Shown here piece by piece: positions 40,257-49,208 of a stretch of 64,000 nt of DNA (its first letter is position 1; each line of letters begins with the position of its first letter). A program made the translations under genes and the position numbers. This DNA comes from an uncultured Coriobacteriia bacterium (lineage in GTDB: Bacteria > Actinomycetota > Coriobacteriia > Anaerosomatales > PALSA-660). The stretch is from assembly GCA_963726435.1 (NCBI GenBank), contig CAVSCJ010000005.1, forward strand, positions 81,452 to 145,451, written 5' to 3'. The notes below the pieces were generated by a model that worked only from the letters and a program-made list of their open reading frames with translations, did no database searches and had not been told where the DNA came from.

Positions 40257-41720
40257 ATGACCGAAGAGACCCCCCACGTTCGCGCGACCTCCGAGAACCC
40301 TGAGAACATCGGCGACCAGGACCGCCTCACCATGGAGGCGGACACGGTTCTGCCACCCGCCGTGCTCGTAAGGCGCGGGTGGGTGGCGAGCACGTTCGAG
40401 TCCTTCCACTACCGGGACTTCACGCTGTTCTGGTCGGGCGCGCTCGTGAGCAACGTCGGCACGTGGATGCAGAACGCGGCGCTCGCCATCGTCGTCTGGT
40501 CGTTCCAGCCCGCGCAGGCGTCGCTCAACACGGGCATCGTCCAAGGCATCGCCGGTCTGCCGGTCCTGTTCCTCGCGATCCCCGCGGGCGCCGTCGCCGA
40601 CCGGGTCGACCGGCGCAGGCTGCTCATCTGGATCCAGGTCGTACTGCTCCTCCAGGCGGCTGCCATGGGCGTCCTCTACGACGCCAACGTTCTCAGTTCC
40701 AGGCAACCCGTCCTCTCGCTCGTGATCGTAGCGACACTCGGTCTCCTAGGCGGGGTATTCGTGGCCTTCCAGGGCCCCGCGTTCCAGTCGATCCTGCCCG
40801 ACCTCGTCCCGCGCGCGTCGCTCATGAACGGCATCGCGCTCAACTCGGCGCAACTGCAGTCCTCGCGGATGCTCGGGCCCGCGATAGTCGCGGCCATGGT
40901 GCTCGCCGGCGCGGGAATGGGGCTGGTCTTCTACATCAACGCGCTGAGCTTCCTGTTCGTGATCGCCGCGCTGCTCGCGATCCGGCCGCGCGCGGAGTTC
41001 CGCGCCGGCCGCGGTGCCGAAGCGGCTGACAACCCCGCGGAGACGCCGGGTCCCGGGGCGCGTGGCACGGCCGGAGTGGAGGCGGCGGAGGTCGTGAGCG
41101 CCTGGAAGACACTGATGGCCGGCGTCGCATACGCGCGCGAGAACAGCGCCATCGGCGTGCTGATCCTGACCACGGCGCTGCTCGTCTTCCTGGGCTTCCC
41201 GTACGTGATCATCCTCACCGCTGTCATCCAGACACGGTTCGCAGGCGCCGACGTCGCGCGGCTCTACGGGATCGTCTACACCTTCAACGGCATGGGCGCG
41301 CTCATCGGAGCGCTCGGCATCGCGGGCCTGCCGGCCACGATCAAGCGCAACCGCGTCATACCGCTGGCGCTTCTGGCCTTCTCGGCGCTGATCATCGCGT
41401 TCTCGCTCGCTCCAACACTCCTGGTGATGATCGTCTGCACGACGCTGGCCGGCGCCGCGTACATGGCGACCAGCTCGCTGGTCATGACGTCGATCCAAGC
41501 AGCCGTCCCGGGCCATCTTCGAGGTCGCGTCATGGCGCTCTTCATGATGTCCTTCATGGGCGTCATGCCGCTCTCCGCGTTCGCCTTCGGCCCGCTGGGC
41601 CAGGCGATCGGGCCGGACACGGCGGTGCTCGCCGGCGGCGTGCTGCTCCTGGCGTGGGCGGCGCTCCTAGCGCTGCGGCCGTCGTGGCTGCAGGCGATCT
41701 CGCCGGTGCCGAAGGCGTGA
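40257..41720 (+). CDS. MFS transporter (MFS_3/EntS-like).
   Basis: FHYRDFTLFWSGALVSNVGTWMQNAA, ADRVDRRRLL, 12 or more hydrophobic helices. The start is ATG 40257 or 40332. Confidence 0.85.
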   Translation: MTEETPHVRATSENPENIGDQDRLTMEADTVLPPAVLVRRGWVASTFESFHYRDFTLFWSGALVSNVGTWMQNAALAIVVWSFQPAQASLNTGIVQGIAGLPVLFLAIPAGAVADRVDRRRLLIWIQVVLLLQAAAMGVLYDANVLSSRQPVLSLVIVATLGLLGGVFVAFQGPAFQSILPDLVPRASLMNGIALNSAQLQSSRMLGPAIVAAMVLAGAGMGLVFYINALSFLFVIAALLAIRPRAEFRAGRGAEAADNPAETPGPGARGTAGVEAAEVVSAWKTLMAGVAYARENSAIGVLILTTALLVFLGFPYVIILTAVIQTRFAGADVARLYGIVYTFNGMGALIGALGIAGLPATIKRNRVIPLALLAFSALIIAFSLAPTLLVMIVCTTLAGAAYMATSSLVMTSIQAAVPGHLRGRVMALFMMSFMGVMPLSAFAFGPLGQAIGPDTAVLAGGVLLLAWAALLALRPSWLQAISPVPKA

Positions 41721-41754
41721 AGAGACTCGGCGCCGGAGACGCTGTCCGCGCCTG

Positions 41755-43296
41755 CTACAAGTCTCGCAGCGTGTCGAGGTAGGTGCGGTATTCGGGGTCG
41801 CGCATGAACTCCCGGATGCGGCGCCGGCCCTCGGCCAGGAAGCTCGTGGGCGCGAACTTGTACTGCACGTGCAGCCATGCCCACGACGCCGCGCGCTCCC
41901 GAAGAGGCATCCGTGCGAGCTCGGCGAGCTGCGCTTCGCCGAGGCGCCTGAATCGCCCGAGTGCGCCTCGCACCGCGGCCGCGACGATCCGAGGGAGCGA
42001 GTAGAAGCGCCGGTACGCGCGTTCCACGTGCCCCTGCATCTGAGCCGCTGTCATGTTCTGGGGACGTATCGCGACGTGCATCCCGTCGAAGAAGCGAAGC
42101 CCGTCGAGGGTCTTGAACAAGACCGCCCCCACCGACTCGTGCTCGGCGGTGCGCTTCGTCCCGGGAAGCGGCGTCTCGAACAGGTACTGAAGAGAGCTGA
42201 CGCAACGTCTCGCGAACTCGCCGTCGTGGCGGATCACTTCTGCAGTGTCCTCGACGAACGCGATGAACATCCCGTGGACGAGCAGGCCCTGTCTCCGCAT
42301 CGCGCGCAGAGCGCGGGCCGTCCTCGTCGAGTCCGCCTTCTTATGGATCCGTGCGAGGGCTTCGTCGCTCGCGGATTCCACCCCGACGCACACGACGGTC
42401 ACCGCGGCAGCGCGCTTCAGCAGCCTGAGGAACTCCTTGTCGATGCGGCCGTCCCCGGCGAAGACCGAGTCGGCGCGCAGTTGCGTAACCAAGATCCGTG
42501 CGAAGCCGTGCTGAGCGACCGCTCTGAGGAAGTCCTTGAACGCGTGCTTGTCGGCCGCCGCGTTGTCGTCGATGAGGAACGCCGTCCCGAACCCCTGGGC
42601 CTGGGCCTCGAGGAGTTCGCCCAGCGCTTGTTCATCACTCCGTACCGTGTAGCGCGGCCAGATCTGGCAGACCTCGCAGAAGTCGCAGCGCTGAGGACAA
42701 CCCCGCGCCCTCCACACCGCTGCGACGTCGGCCCGGCCGTAGTCGTGGACGAGCGTGCGGTCCACGCGCGGCAGCGCGTCGAGTTCGGCGCGGGTCAGCT
42801 GCTCGGACGGCGGACCCTGCAACGTCGTCGCCCCGGTCCGCCACACGAGACCGGGAATGTCGGCGAAACGCTCGTCGCCCCGTCCGCACACGACGGCGAG
42901 GAACCGCGGGAGCGTCCGCTCGGCTTCCCCACGCAAGACGAAGTCCGCGCCGATGTCCAAGCTGCGCTCGGGCGCACACGTGGGCTCGGGGCCGCCGAGC
43001 ACGATCGTTGCCTGCGGATTTAGGGCGCGAGCGTGTTCGAGCAGGTCGCGCGTGCGCGGGAGCGTGCATGTGATCGCCGAGAAGCCGACGACGTCACAAG
43101 AGGCGACGTAGTCCCAGTCGGTCGAGTCCTTGCCGCTGACGTCCTCGATGAAGGCGCGCACGTCGTAGCCGGCCTCGCGCACTACGGTAGCCAGTATCGG
43201 CGCGCCGCGCCCCATGGCGACGCCCGTGTAGATGTTCAGCCCCGGCGAGCCGGCCTCTATGATGGCCACCCGGCGCCCGCCTTGCCCGATACCCAT
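41755..43296 (-). CDS. B12-binding-domain radical SAM protein.
   Basis: N-terminal Rossmann-like B12-binding region (VVGFSAITCTL...IVLGGPEPT), followed by RGCPQRCDFC (CxxxCxxC). Confidence 0.85.
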   Translation of the reverse strand: MGIGQGGRRVAIIEAGSPGLNIYTGVAMGRGAPILATVVREAGYDVRAFIEDVSGKDSTDWDYVASCDVVGFSAITCTLPRTRDLLEHARALNPQATIVLGGPEPTCAPERSLDIGADFVLRGEAERTLPRFLAVVCGRGDERFADIPGLVWRTGATTLQGPPSEQLTRAELDALPRVDRTLVHDYGRADVAAVWRARGCPQRCDFCEVCQIWPRYTVRSDEQALGELLEAQAQGFGTAFLIDDNAAADKHAFKDFLRAVAQHGFARILVTQLRADSVFAGDGRIDKEFLRLLKRAAAVTVVCVGVESASDEALARIHKKADSTRTARALRAMRRQGLLVHGMFIAFVEDTAEVIRHDGEFARRCVSSLQYLFETPLPGTKRTAEHESVGAVLFKTLDGLRFFDGMHVAIRPQNMTAAQMQGHVERAYRRFYSLPRIVAAAVRGALGRFRRLGEAQLAELARMPLRERAASWAWLHVQYKFAPTSFLAEGRRRIREFMRDPEYRTYLDTLRDL

Positions 43297-43438
43297 GGGT
43301 CACCCGTCTCATCGTTGGTCGCACTCTGCGGATAGCGGGAATGTACCCAACGCTCGAGTCGGCGCGCCCGCTCTTCGACGCGACCCTCCCGAGATGTGCG
43401 TGCCCGCGCGCGATCCCATAGACAGGAGGGCTGGCGAG

Positions 43439-44446
43439 GTGCCCCATCTCCTCGAACCGCTGACGGACTGCAAGCTCGTCCTCAAGAACCGACTCGTGAT
43501 GCCGCCGATGGCGACGTCGAAGGCCGACCCCGACGGGAGCATGAGCGGCGCACTGCTCGCGTACTACGACGAGAAGTCGCGCGGCGGCGCCATCGGGCTG
43601 ATCATCACCGAGCACTGCTACATCACCAGGCAGGGCATGAACCGGGTCGGGCAACCCTCGATCGCGGATGACGGCACGATCGAAGGGTGGAGGGAGCTGA
43701 CCTCGATCCTCCACGGCAACGGCTCGAAGGCGGTCATGCAGATCAACCACGCGGGGGCCGCCAGCAGCGCCGCGGCCACGGGGCTCGAGGTGGTCGGCCC
43801 GTCGAACGTGCCTCTCCCCTTGGGCCGGCCCGAGACACCCCGAGGACTCACGCACCGTGAGATCGACATCTTGGTCGGGCAGTTCGCCGCAGCGGCACGC
43901 CGAGTGAAGGAGGCCGGGTTCGACGGCGTGGAGATCCACGGCGCCCACGGATACTTGCTGAACCAGTTCTTCTCGCCGCTGACCAACAAGCGGACCGACG
44001 AATACGGAGGCGTCGTGTTCGGCAGGATCCGCCTGCATCTGGATGTGATCGCTGCAGTGCGCGAGGCGGTCGGTGAGGAGTTCCCCGTCCTGTTGCGACT
44101 CGGCGCCCGCGACTACATGGAGGGCGGCACCCGCATCGAGGACAGCACGATCGCGGCGGTCGAGTTCGAACGGGCCGGGGTCGATATCCTGGACGTCACC
44201 GGCGGCCTGACGGGCTACATCAGGCCGGGACACGACGAGCCGGGGTACTTCGCCGAGTTGTCCGAGGCCATCAAGGGCGTGGTGTCGATCCCGGTGATCC
44301 TCACCGGAGGCGTCACGGAACCGCAACACGCCGAGAGGCTCCTTGCCGAGGGCAAGGCCGACCTCATCGGCGTCGGCAGGGCGATCCTGGGCGATTCCTC
44401 GTGGGCCCAGCGGGCCGTCAGCTCACTCCAAGGGGGACCGGGCTAG
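43439..44446 (+). CDS. NADH:flavin oxidoreductase, Old Yellow Enzyme family.
   Basis: NRLVMPPMAT, MQINHAG, GFDGVEIHGAHGYLLNQFFSPLTNKRTDEYGG, ADLIGVGRA. GTG 43439 follows AGGAGGG. Confidence 0.88.
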   Translation: MPHLLEPLTDCKLVLKNRLVMPPMATSKADPDGSMSGALLAYYDEKSRGGAIGLIITEHCYITRQGMNRVGQPSIADDGTIEGWRELTSILHGNGSKAVMQINHAGAASSAAATGLEVVGPSNVPLPLGRPETPRGLTHREIDILVGQFAAAARRVKEAGFDGVEIHGAHGYLLNQFFSPLTNKRTDEYGGVVFGRIRLHLDVIAAVREAVGEEFPVLLRLGARDYMEGGTRIEDSTIAAVEFERAGVDILDVTGGLTGYIRPGHDEPGYFAELSEAIKGVVSIPVILTGGVTEPQHAERLLAEGKADLIGVGRAILGDSSWAQRAVSSLQGGPG

Positions 44447-44733
44447 GCGCCCGATCTCGCGAGCGGGCCGATACCGGCGAACACGTGCAGGGCCCGATCG
44501 CCCTCGATCGTCGGCGGCCCGCAGACTTCCACCGGACCGGACCTGCCGTCGGCGATCTCGATCCGCATCTGCTCGGCGGGCTCGATGATCAGACCGAGCG
44601 GAAGCGCGGCGTGAGCGTGCCACCCCGCACCGTCCGGCGAGCCTCCGGGAGCGTCGGTGAAGTCCAACAGGACGGTGACACCGGACACAACGACCGTCTC
44701 GCCGTCGAAGATCGTGGCTTCGACCTCTTCCAT
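44443..44733 (-). CDS. Hypothetical 96-aa protein.
   Basis: ATG 44733 follows GGAAGGAAGGGA. No recognisable motifs. Confidence 0.45.
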   Translation of the reverse strand: MEEVEATIFDGETVVVSGVTVLLDFTDAPGGSPDGAGWHAHAALPLGLIIEPAEQMRIEIADGRSGPVEVCGPPTIEGDRALHVFAGIGPLARSGA

Positions 44734-44960
44734 CAGCGGATCCCTTCCTTCCCAGGCAGGTCGACGTATATGTGAGTACGTACCCGGGAGGGAGGCGCCG
44801 GACCCCACGGGCCGAGTGCCGACGCTACAGAAGGGGAAGAGGAGGCCCCGATCCGGCATGAGGAGGTCCTCATCCCTGGGGGAATGCTGAATGTTTGCCG
44901 AACGGCACTCCGGCTCGGCCGCGGCACGGGGCTTGCTCGGCCTCCCACCGTGAAGACCCA

Positions 44961-45665
44961 GTGAAAGTCCATCGCATCCAGGGCATCGCGTTCTCCAGCT
45001 ACCTCATCGAGACACCCGCAGCGCTCTTCCTAGTCGACAGCGGCTTCCGCTGGTTCGAGAGTCTCATCACGCGCAAGGTGCGCTCGATCGGGCGCAGCCT
45101 CGGCGACCTCAGGCTCGCCGTCCTCACGCACCCGCACCTCGACCACGTCGGCTCGATCCCGGCGCTCCTGAAGCGGGCGGACTTCGAGATCGCGGCGCAC
45201 CCCGCATCTTGCGAAGTGCTCTCGACCGGCGGCCGCGACTTCTCCCCCCCGACCAGGAACTGGACCCGCGCGGTCGGATGGCTGGCCACGAACGCGATGC
45301 CGCTGCTTCATCTGCCCGCCATCGCGCCGACGTTCGCGCTGAACGACGGCCGGCGTCTTGACGACTTCGGCCTTGCCGGCGCTCTCCACTTCACGCCCGG
45401 GCACAGCAAGTGGTGCATCTCGCTGCTGCTGGACGACGGGACGGCGTTCGCGGGCGACCTTCTGATAGGGCCCGGCCACATGACCCGCGACGTGGCGCCC
45501 CCTGCGATGGCGGCGGACCCGGAAGGGGCGTTCCGCAGCATCCGGAAGCTGCTCGACGCCGGCGCCACGCGGTTCATGCCGGCCCACGGGCGGGCATTCC
45601 GCGCGGGCGACGTGAGGGAGATGCTCGCCGATCTCGACACGGGTGGATCGGGGCCGGTGACCTAG
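44961..45665 (+). CDS. MBL-fold metallo-hydrolase.
   Basis: LVDSG, LTHPHLDHVGS, TPGHS. GTG 44961 is the most plausible start. Confidence 0.8.
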   Translation: MKVHRIQGIAFSSYLIETPAALFLVDSGFRWFESLITRKVRSIGRSLGDLRLAVLTHPHLDHVGSIPALLKRADFEIAAHPASCEVLSTGGRDFSPPTRNWTRAVGWLATNAMPLLHLPAIAPTFALNDGRRLDDFGLAGALHFTPGHSKWCISLLLDDGTAFAGDLLIGPGHMTRDVAPPAMAADPEGAFRSIRKLLDAGATRFMPAHGRAFRAGDVREMLADLDTGGSGPVT

Positions 45666-45685
45666 CTCGACTCCGGGGTCGCTGC

Positions 45686-45901
45686 CTAGTGCCGGGTCTC
45701 GTCCCACTCCTTCACGGCCATTCCCACGTCCCACCAGTAGGTCTTCTTCTCGGCGGCCTTGCGCGCCTTCGGCGACAGGCTCACTTTGACCATCTCGCTG
45801 ACCTTCTCCGCCGCGGCAAGCCGGGCGAGGACGCGGTCCAAGGCGGCCTCGGCCGCAGTGTCGGCGATGCAGGACGACTTCAGGATCTCCTCGTCGGTCA
45901 T
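45686..45901 (-). CDS. Hypothetical 71-aa protein.
   Basis: ATG 45901. Lys/Ala-rich helical sequence ending WWDVGMAVKEWDETRH. No recognisable family. Confidence 0.4.
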   Translation of the reverse strand: MTDEEILKSSCIADTAAEAALDRVLARLAAAEKVSEMVKVSLSPKARKAAEKKTYWWDVGMAVKEWDETRH

Positions 45902-46140
45902 CGGATCCGCTCCATCCGTCGTGTCCGGAATCCTACGAGCCCCTGACGACAAGTAGATTACCCGCACGCGCCGCGAGTAGCAGGCCGGAAGGTGCCCGTC
46001 AGCCTGCGGCATGCCTCCTGCGCGCGGCGGGCCGGCGCGACGAGAGCGACCACGAGCCGCTGGCCTCATCGCCACTACGAGCGGCGCGCCCGGCCAGGCG
46101 GGGAATAGTCGATAGGAGCAAGAGCGCGAAGGGACCTGCC

Positions 46141-47112
46141 GTGGGTTGTGTCGAGACAGAAGAGACTTTCGATTCGCGGATCTCGGAACTGGACGAGTCG
46201 TCTCGGCGCGGGTTGGATCTGCGCGCCCTGACCGTCAGCGTGACGCTACGATGCAACCAGGTGTGCTCGCACTGCCATGTGAGCGCCTCGCCTTCACGAG
46301 GCGAGATGATGGGCGCGGACACGATGGCGCGAGTCGTTGAAGTCGCGTCGGACCTCGGTCCCGAGGTCGTCGACATCACCGGTGGGGCGCCCGAGCTCAA
46401 TCCCCTCCTGCCCGACCTCCTCCGCGCGCTTCGCGCGCACGGACACCGCGTGCAGCTCCGCACGAACCTGACGGTACTCGCGGACCCCGAACATGCAGCG
46501 CTGGCTGGCCTCTACGCTTCTTCCGGGATCGAGCTGCTCGCGTCGCTGCCGTGCTACACCGTCCGCAACGTCGACCTGGGCCGTGGCCCGGGAGTGCACG
46601 ACCTGAGCGTGCGGATGCTGCTCGCGCTCAACGCGCTGGGGTACGGCACGGATGGCGGACCCCGGCTCGACCTCATCTACAACACCGTCGGTACGACCCT
46701 CCCCGAGCCGCAGGCCATGCTGGAGGAGCTGTTCCGCGAAGAGCTGGCCGCGAGGTTCGGCATCGTCTTCACCCACCTGCTCACGATGACGAACATGCCG
46801 GTAGGGCGCTTCCGCGACCGTCTGATCGCTGAGGGAGGATACGATCGCTACCTTCGCGCACTGCGAGAGGCCTTCAATCCGGAGGTCGTCCCCTTCCTGC
46901 AGTGCAGGCACCAGGTCGAGGTCGGATGGGACGGGCGGCTCTACGACTGCGACTTCAACCTCGGGCGGGGGATACCCGTGTCGCACGATGCGCCCCCGAC
47001 GGTGTGGGAGTTCGACGCCGAGGCCCTGGCGACGCGGCGGGTGGTCCACTCCGTCCACTGCTTCGGCTGCACGGCGGGCGCGGGATCGAGTTGAAACGGC
47101 GCGCTGACATGA
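46141..47112 (+). CDS. arsS: Radical SAM/Cys-rich-domain protein of the ArsS (rSAM/selenodomain) type. The in-frame TGA at 47092-47094 is read as probable selenocysteine.
   Basis: TLRCNQVCSHCHV (CxxxCxxC), DITGGAPELNP, ASLPCY, MTNMPVGRF, LYDCDFN. The C-terminus is HCFGCTAGAGSS-TGA-NGALT-TGA, and the family motif is GSS[C/U]GG. GTG 46141 follows GAAGGGA. Confidence 0.8.
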
Positions 47113-47126
47113 CCGGTCCGGTCAGC
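47103..47126. other. Palindromic stem-loop GCTGAC-N12-GTCAGC (inner alternative TGACC-GGTCC-GGTCA) between the convergent arsS and arsM-like genes. Candidate SECIS for arsS and/or a bidirectional terminator.
   Basis: Read directly from the sequence. It starts 9 nt after the arsS TGA and spans the second TGA. Confidence 0.4.
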
Positions 47127-47137
47127 CGCACCTGCCG

Positions 47138-47866
47138 CTACGAGGGCTTCGCCGCCAGGAACGACGCCCAGTAGGTGTAGTCGTTCCGGGGGTTGGGGCG
47201 CTCGTCGAGTTGCTCCGCGACGAACCCCACCGACTCGAGCATCGCCTTCAACTCCGCCGCCGGCAGAGCGCCCGAGATTCAAAGCGACCAGCTGTCCGGG
47301 TCAGCCGACACCTCGGCCGCCTTCTCGGGCTTCAGGACGGCGTCGCACAGTGCGAGCCGCCCGCCGGCGCGGAGCACGCGGTGAGCCTCGGCGAGGAGTT
47401 CCGGCTTCCTCGGCGACAGGTTGAGGCAACCGTTCGACTGGACCGCGTCGAACGCGCCGTCGTCGAAGGGCAGGCGCTCCGAGGCGTCAGCCAGCAGGAA
47501 GGTCACCGGCGCGGAAGGCGCCATCGCCGCCGCCTCGCGTGCCCGCCCGATCATCTCGGGAGTGATGTCCACGCCCACGACTTCACCCTCCGGTCCCACG
47601 GCAGCCGCCGCCACCAGAGCGTCGAGGCCGCCGCCGCAGCCGATGTCCAGTACTCGCTCGCCCGCGGTGAGCCGCGCGAAGGAGGCCGGGTTCCCGACCC
47701 CCACGAACGACTCGAGCGAAACCACCGGGATGCCGTCGAGAGTATCGCCGTACCCCAGGTACTCCGCGCAGCGGTTGCCGGTCCACACGCCGAAACCAGC
47801 GTCGATGCCGAGCGCCACCCGGGAGAAGCGCTTGAGGACCGAATCGGTTATCTCGTCCGCCTGCAT
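47138..47866 (-). CDS. arsM: ArsM/UbiE-type SAM-dependent methyltransferase. The in-frame TGA at 47279-47281 is read as probable selenocysteine.
   Basis: VLDIGCGGGLD, VVGVDITPEMI, FDAVQSNGCLNLSPRK, RVLRAGGRLAL. The ORF stops at TGA after DSWSL, but the frame stays open through ISGALPAAELKAMLESVGF...AAKPS to TAG 47138. ATG 47866 follows GAAGGGGAG. Confidence 0.72.
47251..47269 (-). other. Candidate SECIS-like hairpin G-CUCUGCC-GGC-GGCGGAG-U, 10 nt downstream of the arsM-like UGA.
   Basis: Stem of 7-8 bp including one G-U pair, folded by eye. No covariation or predictor support. Confidence 0.3.
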
Positions 47867-47876
47867 GGTCTCCCCT

Positions 47877-49208
47877 TCACCGTGGATGCCGCCAGCCGTC
47901 GAGGACCGCCGGGTCGATGCCGAACCGATACCCCGCGATGATCGCGAGGTACGCCGCGGACGCACGCACGACGCCTCCTTCGTTCCAGCGGCGGCTCGAA
48001 GTGAGCGCGCGCTGGGGCAGGATCCGCACGGAACCGAGCCGCATGATCCTGCGCGAGAGCTCCCAGTCTTCCATCACCGGCTGCGTGGGGTAGCCGCCCA
48101 GGTCCTCGAAGGTGCGCTTGGTCATGAAGAGCGCCTGGTCGCCGTAGGGGACTCGGAAGACGGCCATCCTCATCCGGCCGGCGAGGGTGAAGAGGCGGGC
48201 CAGCGGCGTGTCGTACGTCCCCCAGCTGAAGGCACCCCCGCTGGTCCCTTCGGCGGACAGCGCTCGGCACACCAGTGCGGCCGACTTGGCGGGCAGCGTG
48301 GTATCGGCGTGCAGGAACACGAGCGCATCGCAAGTCGCCGCCCTCGCCCCCGCGTTCATCTGCCCGGCACGGCCCCGCGGGGCGTCGATCACTCGGGCGC
48401 CGGCGCTCCTGGCTGCGTGCGGCGTGCCATCCTGGCTTCCTCCGTCGACCACTATCACCTCGCGAGCGCCTCCGCTGAACGCGCTGCTCACGGCGGCGCC
48501 CACGCGATCCGCCTCATCGAGCGCGGGGATGACCACCGAGACCGAGGCAGGGGGAGTCCGCTCAAGACGGCGCTCCGCCTCCCATAGGGGGAGGTCCTCC
48601 GGGCGGTCCACGTCGGCCAAGCGGTCGGCGAAGCCGACGGTCAGACCAGCCTGCCCGGCACGGCGCAGAGTGTCGCGGAAGACCGTGTCCGCACCCCACT
48701 CGATCCCCTCGAACAGTACCGGGAGTCCTCGATGCGCAGCGCGCGCGCTGACGCCGAGAAGCCAGTAGCCGCCGTCCTCGGCGGGACCGATCACCACGTC
48801 GTGCGTCGCGAGTTGTCGCAGCGCCGCGCGCACGTGTGTCGCGCGCGCGGCCGGGCAGTCCGAGCCCACCACGACCGCCGAAGGAGCGCCGGACCGGAAG
48901 GAAGACGACATCGCCGAGCGCAGCCGGTCGCCCAGGTCGCCCTCCGGCTGCGGCGCGAAACGCGGCCAGTCGCCCAGCCACGCCGCGACTTCGCCGGGCG
49001 ACCCGCCATCGACGTGAACCTCGATATCAGCGTCGCCGGAGGCCTGCAGCGGCCTCATCCGCGAGACGCAGTGGGCCGCGAGCTCGCGGTGCAGCGCCGC
49101 CGCGCCCTCCGCGCCCAGCCGCGGGATCAGGCGGCTCTTCACCTCGCCGGACCTGGGGAACCGGGCCACGACAGCGACGACGGGCCGCTTGCGGGATGCC
49201 GCCGTCAC
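47877..49208 (-). CDS. Fusion of rSAM/selenodomain-associated transferase 1 (DUF2064/TIGR04282-like) and transferase 2 (GT2, TIGR04283-like).
   Basis: N-terminal half: VVARFPRSGEVKSRL, VVGSDCP, IGPAEDGGYWLLG. C-terminal half: VSVVIPALDEA, VIVVDGGSQDGT, RGRAGQMNAGA, FLHADTTLP, YGDQALF, MEDWELSRR, TSSRRW. GTG 49208 overlaps the upstream stop as GTGA. Confidence 0.85.
   Translation of the reverse strand: MTAASRKRPVVAVVARFPRSGEVKSRLIPRLGAEGAAALHRELAAHCVSRMRPLQASGDADIEVHVDGGSPGEVAAWLGDWPRFAPQPEGDLGDRLRSAMSSSFRSGAPSAVVVGSDCPAARATHVRAALRQLATHDVVIGPAEDGGYWLLGVSARAAHRGLPVLFEGIEWGADTVFRDTLRRAGQAGLTVGFADRLADVDRPEDLPLWEAERRLERTPPASVSVVIPALDEADRVGAAVSSAFSGGAREVIVVDGGSQDGTPHAARSAGARVIDAPRGRAGQMNAGARAATCDALVFLHADTTLPAKSAALVCRALSAEGTSGGAFSWGTYDTPLARLFTLAGRMRMAVFRVPYGDQALFMTKRTFEDLGGYPTQPVMEDWELSRRIMRLGSVRILPQRALTSSRRWNEGGVVRASAAYLAIIAGYRFGIDPAVLDGWRHPR

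Noticed and set aside
44855-44875. The inverted repeat ATGAGGA-GG-TCCTCAT and the short ORF MRRSSSLGEC in the divergent spacer upstream of the MBL hydrolase gene.
   Set aside because: The 2-nt spacer cannot form a hairpin. The ORF is 10 codons and its apparent RBS is part of the repeat. It could be a regulator site, but there is no supporting evidence.
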